Below, piece by piece: positions 1 through 9,652 of a stretch of DNA of 64,000 nucleotides. Both the position numbers and the translations under genes were made by a program. The stretch is from NCBI GenBank assembly GCA_045599865.1, contig JAZRWW010000024.1:17212-81211 (forward strand). The letters run 5' to 3'. This DNA is from Thermoguttaceae bacterium (lineage in GTDB: Bacteria > Planctomycetota > Planctomycetia > Pirellulales > Thermoguttaceae). Each line of letters opens with the position of its first letter. Positions within the stretch are counted from its first letter, which is position 1. The notes beneath the pieces were generated by a model that worked only from the letters and a program-made list of their open reading frames with translations, made no database searches and had not been told where the DNA came from.

Positions 1-122
1 TCAGGCGTGCCGGTAACGCGGCAAAAATTCGCATAGGAAGCGACGACGTGCGAATCGTCGATTTTGAGCTGAGGACGGACTGCTGTTGGGGCGGCGTTTT
101 CTTTTTCTTTATTTTCCGGCAC
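1..122 (-). CDS. Partial CDS (first 41 codons; continues off the left edge), DUF3467-like small protein
   Basis: The minus frame is open from the window edge to GTG at 122-120. AAGGAG lies 8 nt upstream of the GTG. The translation VPENKEKENAAPTAVRPQLKIDDSHVVASYANFCRVTGTPE resembles the '...YAN...' N-terminus of DUF3467 proteins. Only a fragment is visible. Confidence 0.4.
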   Translation of the reverse strand, partial: MPENKEKENAAPTAVRPQLKIDDSHVVASYANFCRVTGTP

Positions 123-325
123 GGCGGTTTCTCCTTAAACCTGTGTTTAGCGTCGCGCAGATTCGATAAACTAACAAACGTTTAGCGAATCTCGACAAGC
201 GACTTGTTGCGCGTTTGGCGTTTTATAATACAATACCAAAACGCATATTGTCCTGTAACGCGCGTCATTATCGTTAATAGAGGCGTTTTTGGCAATAGGA
301 AAAAGGTAAAAAGCTGGAAACGAAT

Positions 326-835
326 ATGAAGAATATAAAAAACGCCGTATCGGAAGACAATTCAGGACGAGCGACCTTTTCTAACGACGGGGGCGTTAAT
401 AACCAGAATTCTTTGACGACGTTGGAAATACCGGGCGTGTGTTCTATTCCGTTGTCCGAAATTGAAATAACTTACGCGCGTAGTTCGGGACCGGGGGGAC
501 AAAACGTCAATAAAGTTTCAAGCAAGGCGCGTTTGCGTTGGAATTTAAATTCCGGACGTTTGGATTCCGAAATAACCGAACGCTTTAAGACGTTGTATCC
601 TTCGTGGACGACCGCATCGGGCGACGTCGTAATCACGAGTCAAATTTCACGCGACGCGCCGAAAAACAAAGACGCTTGCTTGAGGAAATTGAAAGACGCG
701 CTTCTGAAAGCGTCGAAAAAGCCAAAGAAACGCATTCCTACCAAACCGACTTACGGTTCGATCTTGCGCCGACTTGATTCGAAAAAACGTCTTTCGGCGA
801 AGAAAAGAGAACGAGGACGAGTCGATTTAGAGTAA
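326..835 (+). CDS. arfB: Alternative ribosome-rescue factor ArfB (peptidyl-tRNA hydrolase, RF-1 domain with GGQ)
   Basis: 169 aa. It has the GGQ motif 'SSGPGGQNVNKVSSKARLRW' and a basic C-terminal tail (KKPKKRIPTKPT...KKRERGR), as in E. coli YaeJ/ArfB. Confidence 0.85.
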   Translation: MKNIKNAVSEDNSGRATFSNDGGVNNQNSLTTLEIPGVCSIPLSEIEITYARSSGPGGQNVNKVSSKARLRWNLNSGRLDSEITERFKTLYPSWTTASGDVVITSQISRDAPKNKDACLRKLKDALLKASKKPKKRIPTKPTYGSILRRLDSKKRLSAKKRERGRVDLE

Positions 836-1088
836 ACGCGTTCTTTTGTTAATTTTTAAGGGAAAAAGCGCCTATGTGTTTTTTTTTGCGTTCTTTTTCC
901 TTCTTTTTTTATCATTCTCTTGAAACGTCGACCCGCCGCGTTTATAATAATGGGAGGAACACGTTTGGGGAATTTACAACCCTGTAAATAGTAAAGCAAA
1001 CGTCCGAGATATTATTCGGTATTGGAATTCATTTGAGTTTAACGACGCCGAAGGGGGGCGAATCCTTTTCGCGCAAAACGAGGTGTAA

Positions 1089-2759
1089 TTGTCAATGACG
1101 ACTGAAATAGAAAAAAACGCCGAACAACAAGCGGATTCGGGATTGCCGATGAGTCCGAAATGGGATCCGGAAAAACTTGCCGCTGAAAGAGCCGAACTTC
1201 AACGTTTAGAAACGTTGCCGTTGAACAAGCGTTCTTGGGGGTATGTCAAGCGAACAGGTCCGGGGTTGTTGCAAAGCGCGATGACTCTTGGCGCGGGTAG
1301 CGCGACGGCCTCCGTACTCGCCGGCGCTTCCTTTGGATATAAATTGCTTTGGGTTCAACCCCTTGCAATGTTTTTAGGCGTAATGATGTTGGGCGCGCTT
1401 TCTAACGTCGTCTTAACGCGAGGAGAACGACCATATCAATCTTTCTGTAAAGAAATATGGAAGCCGCTCGTTTTTCTGTGGGCGCTTGGAACGATTTTGT
1501 CGTCCGTCATTTGGCATTTTCCACAATACGCGTTGCTGGCCGGCGCAGGGCGAGACTTGGCCTCTATGGCTGGATTGACCGTTACTAAAGCAATACCCGA
1601 AGGAATGCCGCAAGTTATTGATTTCCTCGGGTTTAAAATTAGCGCCGGTATTACCCCGCTAGGGTTTGTCGTAAGTTTTCTCGTCGGCGCTTTTATTCTT
1701 GCAATGAATATTATCGTCGTCTTTAACTACGGCAAGGGCGCTAAGGGCGTTAAAATTTACGAACGCTTCTTGCGCGCGATGATCGCCTTAGTCATTATTT
1801 TCTTTTTACTCGTCTGCGTTTTAAATATTGGACGCGTCGACTGGATGGAAGTTGTTAAAGGCTTTTGCGGTTATTATGGGTTCCCGAAAAATCCCGCGAC
1901 GGGTTCCGTCGATTCGGCTACCGTCCTGCAAGTCTTAGGTATGTTGGGCGCCGCCGTCGGCATCAATATGACGTTCCTTTACCCTTACTCGCTCTTAGCG
2001 AAAGGCTGGGGCGCCGAACATAAAAAGCTGGCGCGTTGGGATTTGGGCATGACGATGTTCCTGCCCTTTATGATCGTCACCTCTTTAATCATTATCGCGA
2101 TGACCGTAACGGGCGTTTATAACGGTTCCGACGCCGTTCAAACTGGTTTGACGCCTCTTGGAGCTGCGGAGGCGTTCCAAGGCATACCCGGAGGACGCGT
2201 TATTTTCTGTCTCGGATTGATGGGGATGTGCGGAGGCGCCGTCAGCGTTCATATGGTCGCTTGCGGATTCACGATGTGCGAAATGCTCGGACTGAAAATG
2301 ACGCAAAAACGTTTCAGACTCTTTGCGTTGACGCCTTGTATTGGTTATTTAGGCGTCGTCGTTAGTTTGCCGATGTGGTTCCCGGTCGTCGCGTCCGCCG
2401 TATGCTTTACGATGTTGCCGATCGCGTATTTTATCTTCTTCTATTTGAACAATAAGAAGAGCTATATTGGCGACTCCGTTGGCAAAGGCGCAAAACGCGC
2501 GATTTTCAACGTCTTCTTGGTAATCGCGTTGATTTTTGCATGCGTTGGATCGTATATTTCGTTGCAGAAGAACGTCTTTAGTAAATTTGCGCCTAAACCT
2601 GCCGACGTTTCTCAGCAAGAGGCGAAGCAGGAGGATGAAAAGAACGTCGGGGAAAAGAACGTCGAGGAAACGCAAGCGACCAAGAACGTCGGCGACGTTT
2701 CAACCGGCGGCGCTTCGACCGACGGCGCGTCGTATGGAGAGGCGACGAACAAGAATTGA
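1089..2759 (+). CDS. Nramp-fold (LeuT-fold) membrane transporter with a non-canonical binding site
   Basis: 556 aa and polytopic. 'GPGLLQSAMTLGAGSATASVLAGASFGYKLLWV' aligns by eye with MntH 'GPGFL..DPGN....AG.QFGY.LLWV', but DPGN is GAGS here. The TM6 'MPH' region reads 'GINMTF'. The C-terminus is a low-complexity tail (EKNVGEKNVEE...). Confidence 0.6.
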   Translation: MSMTTEIEKNAEQQADSGLPMSPKWDPEKLAAERAELQRLETLPLNKRSWGYVKRTGPGLLQSAMTLGAGSATASVLAGASFGYKLLWVQPLAMFLGVMMLGALSNVVLTRGERPYQSFCKEIWKPLVFLWALGTILSSVIWHFPQYALLAGAGRDLASMAGLTVTKAIPEGMPQVIDFLGFKISAGITPLGFVVSFLVGAFILAMNIIVVFNYGKGAKGVKIYERFLRAMIALVIIFFLLVCVLNIGRVDWMEVVKGFCGYYGFPKNPATGSVDSATVLQVLGMLGAAVGINMTFLYPYSLLAKGWGAEHKKLARWDLGMTMFLPFMIVTSLIIIAMTVTGVYNGSDAVQTGLTPLGAAEAFQGIPGGRVIFCLGLMGMCGGAVSVHMVACGFTMCEMLGLKMTQKRFRLFALTPCIGYLGVVVSLPMWFPVVASAVCFTMLPIAYFIFFYLNNKKSYIGDSVGKGAKRAIFNVFLVIALIFACVGSYISLQKNVFSKFAPKPADVSQQEAKQEDEKNVGEKNVEETQATKNVGDVSTGGASTDGASYGEATNKN

Positions 2760-2770
2760 TTCGTTAAAAT

Positions 2771-3460
2771 TTGGCGCAAGACGATGCGCGTGTTTGGTGG
2801 AGGCTTGCGCCGATGACGGTTTTTTATTTCTGTGCGGCTACCTTTCCGCTTGCTTTGTATTTTATAGCGCTTGCGCTGATGCAAGCGCGCTCGAAATTCT
2901 TAGTAGTCGACGGTAGACGCGATTTTCTTGGACTGGCTTTTGCGACAAGCGGTCTGTTTTTTATCGGACCGGGACAACTAATGGCTCCGTGGGGCGCTTG
3001 CGAAGTTTGGGGCGCGTACGTTTGGGCGCTTGTCGCGCTTCTCTATTTTCTGGTTGCGTCTATAGTCGGCGCGGTTTCGAGAACGCGTTTGGTCGTTTAT
3101 AACGTTTCGCGTTCCGCGTTGCGTTCCGCCTTGACGCTTGCTTCGTTGAATTTGGACGTCGACGCGCGTTGGGACGGAGATTCGCTCAATTTGCCTAGTT
3201 TAGACGCGCAGTTTTACGTCGACGAGCGTGGGACGGGGCGCGTCGCCGCTCTTGTCGCCGTGAAAATGGGGAACGCCGCGACGATTTGGACAAACTTGGC
3301 GCGCGAACTGAGAACGCGTTTAAAGGAAACGACTTCAAAGTCGCGAATTTGGATTCTGTGGCTGATTGTCGGGCTTACGTTGCTTGGCGCGGACGGCGCT
3401 TGTTGTCGTTGGCGTTGCGACGAACTTAAAGAAGCCGTCGCTTTTTACCTTTCCTTATGA
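2771..3460 (+). CDS. Hypothetical polytopic membrane protein
   Basis: 229-aa ORF with several hydrophobic helices, filling the gap between neighbouring genes. The start is uncertain (TTG at 2771 or ATG at 2813). No motif recognised. Confidence 0.4.
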   Translation: MAQDDARVWWRLAPMTVFYFCAATFPLALYFIALALMQARSKFLVVDGRRDFLGLAFATSGLFFIGPGQLMAPWGACEVWGAYVWALVALLYFLVASIVGAVSRTRLVVYNVSRSALRSALTLASLNLDVDARWDGDSLNLPSLDAQFYVDERGTGRVAALVAVKMGNAATIWTNLARELRTRLKETTSKSRIWILWLIVGLTLLGADGACCRWRCDELKEAVAFYLSL

Positions 3461-3491
3461 CGCGTTTCAACCGCTTTCGCCGAGGTGTGAA

Positions 3492-4814
3492 ATGAACGAC
3501 AGGAATGAAAATTGGCCGAACGACTCGCTCGTCTTTTCGGCGCGAACCGACGTCGGTATGAGACGTTCGAACAATCAAGATTCTTACTGCGTTTCTCCCG
3601 CGCCGACGCCTCGTTTGTGGCGAAGCAGAGGGCATCTATTTGTCGTGGCGGACGGCATGGGCGCTCACGCGGCCGGAGAACTTGCAAGTCAAATTGCGAC
3701 GACGGTCGTTTCGCAGTCTTATTTGAAACGAACGGACGAACGACCAAGCGACGCGTTGCGAAACGCCATTCTTGAAGCGCACAAAACGATTCAACAACGC
3801 GGACAAAGCGACGAAGCGTTTCACGATATGGGAACGACTTGCGACGCTTTGGCGCTGACTCCAGAAGGCGCTTACGTCGGACACGTCGGCGATAGCCGCG
3901 TTTATCGCCTGCGCAACGGCGTTTTTGAACAAATTACTTTTGATCACAGTTTAGTTTGGGAAGTTAAGCGCTATCCAGATTTACACGCGCAATATCGTCG
4001 TTGGGACTCTATACCGAAAAATGTGATTACGCGTTCTTTGGGTCCTACCGAACGACTGGAAGTCGATATCGAAGGTCCCTTTCCAACGGCGCCCGGCGAC
4101 GTCTTTTTGCTATGTAGCGACGGTCTTTCCGGTCAATTTGAAGACGCCGAAATTGGACAGATTCTCGAACTTTTCCAACCGGAAGAAGCGACGGAAGCGT
4201 TGATCAATTTCGCGAACTTACGCGGCGGATCAGATAATATTACCGTCGTGGTTGCGCGTGTGAAATCTAACCCTTCTTTTAAAGACGAAGAACAAAACGT
4301 TGAAAAAAACAATAAGGTCTATGAGAAAAAAAAGCCTATTTCTGGAACGGTTTGGACTCTTTTAGGATTGGCGTGCGCGACGTTGTTTGTCGCGTTGATC
4401 GTCGGTTTGGCGCGACGTTTTGACCAAACGGGGATGATCGTCCTCGTAATTTCTCTTTTGGCGTCTTTGACCTGCGGATCGTTGTTTTGTTATTTTGCGC
4501 GAAAGACGTTGTTTGCGTCGAATAAAAGGGAAACTTCGCAAGAAAGATTGGGCGCCGGTCCGTATTCGCGCGTTTCGGCGGAGCCAAGTCTTTTATTTGC
4601 GGAAAAAGTCGAGGACGTTTGTTCGCAGTTGTGCGAGGCGGTGCGAGCGCAACCCGTGTTTGAACCAGATTGGGACGGCGTGTCGAAGGCGAGAAATTGG
4701 GCGGTGGAATCGCTAGAAAAGAAGGATTTTGCCGCTTCGTTACGCGCCAATATTAGCGTCGTAAACTATATTATGCGCGAACTGAGAAAAATTAAGACTG
4801 CTAATAAGGGGTAG
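3492..4814 (+). CDS. PP2C-family Ser/Thr protein phosphatase with two C-terminal TM helices and a ~100-aa tail
   Basis: PP2C motifs: 'RSNNQDSY', '[15 protein letters not shown]', 'GDSRVYRL', 'CSDGLS', '[10 protein letters not shown]'. These are followed by two hydrophobic helices ([43 protein letters not shown]). ATG 3492 was chosen because the longer ORF (from 3366) overlaps the upstream gene. Confidence 0.8.
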   Translation: MNDRNENWPNDSLVFSARTDVGMRRSNNQDSYCVSPAPTPRLWRSRGHLFVVADGMGAHAAGELASQIATTVVSQSYLKRTDERPSDALRNAILEAHKTIQQRGQSDEAFHDMGTTCDALALTPEGAYVGHVGDSRVYRLRNGVFEQITFDHSLVWEVKRYPDLHAQYRRWDSIPKNVITRSLGPTERLEVDIEGPFPTAPGDVFLLCSDGLSGQFEDAEIGQILELFQPEEATEALINFANLRGGSDNITVVVARVKSNPSFKDEEQNVEKNNKVYEKKKPISGTVWTLLGLACATLFVALIVGLARRFDQTGMIVLVISLLASLTCGSLFCYFARKTLFASNKRETSQERLGAGPYSRVSAEPSLLFAEKVEDVCSQLCEAVRAQPVFEPDWDGVSKARNWAVESLEKKDFAASLRANISVVNYIMRELRKIKTANKG

Positions 4815-4926
4815 GACGACTTGTCGTCGGCGCCCGTTGACGATTCGAGATTTTTTTTTAAACTGTAGGGACGTCGTTTCGTCGGCGACGTGGAGAAAGC
4901 GACGGCGTATAAGAAAGAGATTCGAT

Positions 4927-5694
4927 ATGTTGGCAAAGCGAGTTATTCCTTGCTTGGACGTTTGCGGCGGACGCGTCGTCAAAGGGACAAATTTTGTTAA
5001 TTTGCGCGACGCGGGCGATCCTGTTGAAGTCGCGCGACGTTACGAACGAGAGGGCGCCGACGAATTAGTCTTTTTGGATATTACCGCAAGCCACGAAGAA
5101 CGAGACGTGATTGTCGACGTGGTGCGAAAAACCGCCGACGTCGTGTTTATGCCTCTGACGGTCGGCGGCGGAATAAGAACCGTCGACGATTTCAGAAAAA
5201 TTTTGAACGCGGGCGCCGACAAAGTGTCTATTAATTCGTCGGCGGTGAAGACGCCCGATTTGATTAACGCCGCCGCGGAACGTTTCGGAAGTCAATGCGT
5301 CGTCGTTAATATTGATCCGAAACGCGTTATACGGGATGGGAAAGAATTCTGGGAAGTCTTTATCAACGGCGGACGCTTGGGAACGGGATTAGAAGCCGTC
5401 GCTTGGGCGCGCGAAGTCGAGAAACGAGGCGCCGGAGAAATCGTGCTGACTTCGATGGACGGCGACGGGACGAAGAACGGATATGACTTGCCGATTTTAA
5501 AAGCGGTTGCGGACGCCGTGAAGATTCCCGTCGTGGCAAGCGGCGGCGCGGGAGAGCCGAAACATTTCGTCGAGGCGATCGTCGAAGCGAACGCTTCCGC
5601 CGTTTTAGCCGCCAGCGTTTTTCATTACGGTTTGTATTCGATCGCCGAAGTAAAAGAAGCGATGTGCGAGGCGGGCGTGCCCGTGAGAGTTTAA
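4927..5694 (+). CDS. hisF: Imidazole glycerol phosphate synthase cyclase subunit HisF
   Basis: '[55 protein letters not shown]' and '...SGGAG...' match HisF along its whole length. The start is set at ATG 4927, the conserved N-terminus. Confidence 0.93.
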   Translation: MLAKRVIPCLDVCGGRVVKGTNFVNLRDAGDPVEVARRYEREGADELVFLDITASHEERDVIVDVVRKTADVVFMPLTVGGGIRTVDDFRKILNAGADKVSINSSAVKTPDLINAAAERFGSQCVVVNIDPKRVIRDGKEFWEVFINGGRLGTGLEAVAWAREVEKRGAGEIVLTSMDGDGTKNGYDLPILKAVADAVKIPVVASGGAGEPKHFVEAIVEANASAVLAASVFHYGLYSIAEVKEAMCEAGVPVRV

Positions 5695-5823
5695 CGTTGC
5701 GGCGGCGTTAATAGTAAGGACGATCGTAAGACTGACGATCAAACTTCTATTGACGCCTTGCGCGGCGAAACGAGTCGGCGTTGCAATGTTGATTGGTTTT
5801 ATAGTAAAGAAAAGAGCGTGTTT

Positions 5824-6966
5824 ATGTCTTCCGTCGAATTGCCTGATCGCGTGTTAAAAAAGAGAAAGGAACTCGAAATTGACCGACTGTTTCAAGCGTT
5901 GGTCAAACTTTCGGGCAGCGACCTTCATCTGAAGGTCGATCGACCTCCTTACGTGCGCGTTAAAGGCTCTTTGAGAACTTTGAATCGCGGTCCGATCGAC
6001 GACGAAGAAATGAATCGCCTCATCTTTCCGATGATGGACGAACGTAATCGCAAAATTTATAACGACACCGGCGGAGCGGACTTTGCGCATACGTGCGTCG
6101 TCGACGGCGTTACTTGGCGTTTCCGCGTCAACGTCCTTACGCAAATGGGACACGTAGGTTTGGTGGCGCGCCGTATTAACAATTTTATTCCAGAGTTGGA
6201 AAAACTGCATATTCCGTCGGTTTTGTACGAGTTGTGCAAATATAGTCAGGGAATGATCTTGTTAGCCGGCGTTACGGGGTCGGGTAAGTCGACGACGATC
6301 GCTTCAATGCTCAACTGGATCAATAAGAATTATAACAAGCATATTCTTACGCTTGAAGACCCTGTTGAGTTTATGTTCACAGAAGAGAAATGCTTAATCA
6401 ATCAACGGGAGATTGGGCAAGACGTCTGCGACTTTGAAGTCGGAATGAAGCACGCCGTCCGTGAAGACCCGGACGTTATGTTGGTCGGGGAAATGCGCGA
6501 CCGCGAGACGTTTGAAACCGCGATTCACGCCGCTGAAACGGGGCACTTGGTTTTCGGTACTATTCACGCGTCGACGGCTCCGTCGACTATCGGACGTATT
6601 CTCGACCTTTTCCCCGCGAATATGCACAAAGCGATCAGAAGCGCGATCGCGATGAATATGAAGGGGATCGTCGCTCAAAAATTATTGCCGTCTATTTTGC
6701 CGGGCGTTCAACGCGTTCCAACCTGCGAAATTATGATCGTCAACAACGTTATTCGCAAGTTGATTCTCGAAGGAGAAGACGAAAAACTGGGCGACGCTAT
6801 TCGTATTCAAGCGCAAGAAGGAATGCAAGACTTCACGATGTCCTTGAAGTCGCTTGTTCAAATGAAGAAAATCGATCGCGCGACCGCATTCGAAGTCGCG
6901 CCGAATATCGAGTCCTTGAAGATGGCTCTTAAGGGGATCGAAGTTAAAGAACCGGGTATTCTGTAA
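5824..6966 (+). CDS. pilT: PilT/PilU-family type IV pilus retraction ATPase
   Basis: Walker A 'GVTGSGKSTT', Asp box 'LTLEDPVEF', Walker B 'DPDVMLVGEMRD' and His box 'TGHLVFGTIHA' are all intact. Length is ~380 aa. Confidence 0.85.
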   Translation: MSSVELPDRVLKKRKELEIDRLFQALVKLSGSDLHLKVDRPPYVRVKGSLRTLNRGPIDDEEMNRLIFPMMDERNRKIYNDTGGADFAHTCVVDGVTWRFRVNVLTQMGHVGLVARRINNFIPELEKLHIPSVLYELCKYSQGMILLAGVTGSGKSTTIASMLNWINKNYNKHILTLEDPVEFMFTEEKCLINQREIGQDVCDFEVGMKHAVREDPDVMLVGEMRDRETFETAIHAAETGHLVFGTIHASTAPSTIGRILDLFPANMHKAIRSAIAMNMKGIVAQKLLPSILPGVQRVPTCEIMIVNNVIRKLILEGEDEKLGDAIRIQAQEGMQDFTMSLKSLVQMKKIDRATAFEVAPNIESLKMALKGIEVKEPGIL

Positions 6967-7087
6967 AGAATTTGCCATAAGTTCTTTGGGACGCCTCGAC
7001 GGCGCGTTCCAAACATTTTTAGATAGAAACGTCTTGCTTCCACTAGGCGTAAGTTTAGTGGGCTCCGTGAACTTTGTTGGTAAAAAA

Positions 7088-8929
7088 ATGCAAAAGATAA
7101 AAAATAGCGTTCGTTGGACGGCTTTGTTCGTTCTATCTACGATCGTTCTAGTGTTACTAGCCGAGCCGACTTGGGCCGGAGAATTTGCGCAACAGGCAAA
7201 GGACGCTACGACTAACGGTTGGCGCGGCGGACGTGGCGTTTCTATTTGTCCAATTAAGCTGGGCGTTCTCTTGATCTTCTATTTGGCTTGGGTTGCGACT
7301 TCGGGCTGGTGTAATAACGATTCGGAAAAATTAGGCGATCCGGATCAGTCCTACTGGAACGGACTAAATATGATCGCTTTTGGCGCCGCAATATTAGTCG
7401 CGCTGTTTGTGCCGATCTTTTGGGTCGGCATGCCCCTTGTCGCCGTCGCTTGGTTGGTTGCGATTTTTATCTATATTAAGACGCGAAATAAAGATTTGCT
7501 TGACGCCGACAAGGTGATGACTCCAGGTCATATTATTTTCTGGTTTAGAACGCGCGTACTCAAGCAAAAAGTCAAGCCGAAGCCAATGGCTTACGAAGGC
7601 GGCTCGGAAATTCAACTTGAAGGAACCGGTCTTAATCTCGACGAACGCACGAAGCTCACGCGTACCGTAAATTCGCGAAATTTCAACGGCGCCGCCGGGT
7701 ATAATCTATTCCGCGAACTATTGTATCATGCGTTGCACGCGCGCGCTACCGAAGTTATGATCGATTTCGGCGCTGAAGAAACCAAGTTTCAATATCAAAT
7801 AGACGGCGTGTATCATCCCGTCGAAGACGCGTTCAAGAAACCGTGGGTTCGTGAAGACGCCGACGACGTGGCGCAAGCCGTTAAAATCTTGATTGGAGGG
7901 AACCCGCAGGATCGGAGAGGACGTCAGAGCGGCGTCTTTAAAATCTTGTACGACAAGAATAAAAAAGGCAAGCCGAATGTTTGCGAGGCGAAGCTGGATA
8001 CTGCCGGAACGCCGACGGGAGAAATGTTCAAAGTCTCCTTTATGTTTGGAAAATCTAGCTTTAAAAACATTGACGAAATCTGCGACGATCCAGAGCGTCA
8101 AAACAAAATGCGATCGGTTATTAATGCCGATCACGGGTTGGTCGTATTGGCTTCCGCCCCTCATCAAGGTTTGAAAACGATGACGACCGTTATGTTTAAT
8201 ACGGCCGACCGTTTTACGCGCGACTTCTCCGCCGTTGAAGACGTTCAACATCCATACGAGTTTATTGAAAACATTACGACGACTAAATACGATTCCTCGA
8301 AGGGCGAGACGCCTATGACCGTTCTGCCCGACGTTTATTTCAAGGAGCCGAAAGTCGTTTTGATTCGCGATATGGTCAACTTGGACGCTTGGCGTTTGGC
8401 TTGTGAGGAAGTGAAGAACGACCGTTTGATCATCACCACGCATCGAGGAAAGGATTCGGTTTCAACGATTATCGAACTGCTAAAATACGGCGTCGATGCA
8501 AAAGAGTTGGCGGATACGCTTCATTCGGTAATTACTCAACGTCTCGTGCGTAAACTTTGCGACGACTGCAAAGAGGATATTAAACCGAACCCGACGATTT
8601 TAAAACAGTTGGGATTGGATCCGCGAACGGAAAAAATTTACAGAAAACGCGTTCACGAGCCCGTTGAACCCGGACAACGCGATTATTATGTTCCGTGCGA
8701 AGAGTGTCGCGACATTGGATATAAGGGACGCGTCGCTATTTTTGACGTGTTGGAAATCACCGACGATATGCGTCAAATTATCGCGGCGGACGTCGACTTA
8801 GCGCGAAAAGCCAACGCGTTGCGCCAAGCCGCCTTCAAATCGGGTCAACGTGGGTTTATTGTAGACGGCGCGAGATTGGTGAAGGAAGGCGTTACGTCTT
8901 ACGAAGAATTGGTTCGTATGTTAAAATAA
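7088..8929 (+). CDS. Membrane-anchored GspE/PilB-like protein with degenerate ATPase motifs
   Basis: N-terminal signal/TM plus ~3 further TM helices. The GspE-like core follows: 'ATEVMIDFGAEETKFQYQIDGVYHP', the tetracysteine motif 'CDDCKE...CEECRDIGYKGRVAIFDVLEI' and a C-terminal 'EGVTSYEELVRM'. Walker A reads 'ASAPHQGLKTMTT', Walker B reads 'EPKVVLIRDMVN' and the His box reads 'DRLIITTHRGKD'. Confidence 0.7.
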   Translation: MQKIKNSVRWTALFVLSTIVLVLLAEPTWAGEFAQQAKDATTNGWRGGRGVSICPIKLGVLLIFYLAWVATSGWCNNDSEKLGDPDQSYWNGLNMIAFGAAILVALFVPIFWVGMPLVAVAWLVAIFIYIKTRNKDLLDADKVMTPGHIIFWFRTRVLKQKVKPKPMAYEGGSEIQLEGTGLNLDERTKLTRTVNSRNFNGAAGYNLFRELLYHALHARATEVMIDFGAEETKFQYQIDGVYHPVEDAFKKPWVREDADDVAQAVKILIGGNPQDRRGRQSGVFKILYDKNKKGKPNVCEAKLDTAGTPTGEMFKVSFMFGKSSFKNIDEICDDPERQNKMRSVINADHGLVVLASAPHQGLKTMTTVMFNTADRFTRDFSAVEDVQHPYEFIENITTTKYDSSKGETPMTVLPDVYFKEPKVVLIRDMVNLDAWRLACEEVKNDRLIITTHRGKDSVSTIIELLKYGVDAKELADTLHSVITQRLVRKLCDDCKEDIKPNPTILKQLGLDPRTEKIYRKRVHEPVEPGQRDYYVPCEECRDIGYKGRVAIFDVLEITDDMRQIIAADVDLARKANALRQAAFKSGQRGFIVDGARLVKEGVTSYEELVRMLK

Positions 8930-8973
8930 AGAAATCGTCGCTTTCAAAGCGGCTGGAATATAAGGCGGTTAGA

Positions 8974-9558
8974 ATGACGACTTTTTTCATACTTAGCGGG
9001 ATTTTAGGTATTGGCGTGCTAGGGTTCTGGCACAAAATGAAGCTGTGGACCGTTACTATTATTGGCTTCAATTTGCTCTTTGCGACCTTGTTTGCTATCG
9101 GACTGTTTGAACCGATTGCAAATATAGCGGACGGCTCGTTGTCGATGATGGCGTTCTACAACGACATGCTTGTGTTTCTGTTGTTGTTTGCGATTATTCT
9201 GACGGTATTAATGATCGTTACTAGTAAAATCTCGAAAGTTGACCTCTACTTTAGCGAGAAAACCGATAAGATTGCCAAATGGATCGTTTGTCTTGTGGTC
9301 ATTCTTTCCTTTTGCGGTACTGGAGCCTTTGTCTTTTTCGAGACGATGCCCGAAAAGCCGCAGTCTCATAACGTCTTGCCGTCGATGAAAGTTCTCGACT
9401 TTATGGCGAAAGGTTCTTTGAAGCCGTTGATTGGAAGCACGACGTGGGATACCGCCGATTTCGTTCAACGTCAGTATAAGCGAAACGCGGGCGTGTATGA
9501 GGCGACGATGGAAGAGCAAACTTGGAAATTTGACGGAGATTCGCCGAACGCGCAGTAG
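8974..9558 (+). CDS. Hypothetical membrane protein (about 4 TM helices plus a soluble C-terminus)
   Basis: 194-aa ORF, co-directional and closely spaced after the GspE-like gene. It has a hydrophobic N-terminal two-thirds. No motif recognised. Confidence 0.45.
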   Translation: MTTFFILSGILGIGVLGFWHKMKLWTVTIIGFNLLFATLFAIGLFEPIANIADGSLSMMAFYNDMLVFLLLFAIILTVLMIVTSKISKVDLYFSEKTDKIAKWIVCLVVILSFCGTGAFVFFETMPEKPQSHNVLPSMKVLDFMAKGSLKPLIGSTTWDTADFVQRQYKRNAGVYEATMEEQTWKFDGDSPNAQ

Positions 9559-9652
9559 GGACGCGAAAACGCGCGCGGGACGCGTTTCGTTCGATTCTTT
9601 CGTATTTTCATTTTTCTGCGGCGAACAAGAGAAGTTTAGTAAGGCGTTGGCA

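Noticed and set aside
836-1088. Possible yybP-ykoY (Mn2+) riboswitch upstream of the Nramp-like gene
   Set aside because: Only a vague 'GGGGAAUUUAC' resemblance to the conserved GGGGAGUAG loop is present. I could not build the four-way junction, and the transporter itself lacks Mn-binding residues.
3366-3491. N-terminal extension of the PP2C ORF; similar extensions at 4837-4926, 5758-5823, 6986-7087, 9431-9652, 39959-40162 and 55716-55874
   Set aside because: The extensions overlap the preceding gene or lie upstream of the conserved family N-terminus. Internal ATG codons match the homologue starts.
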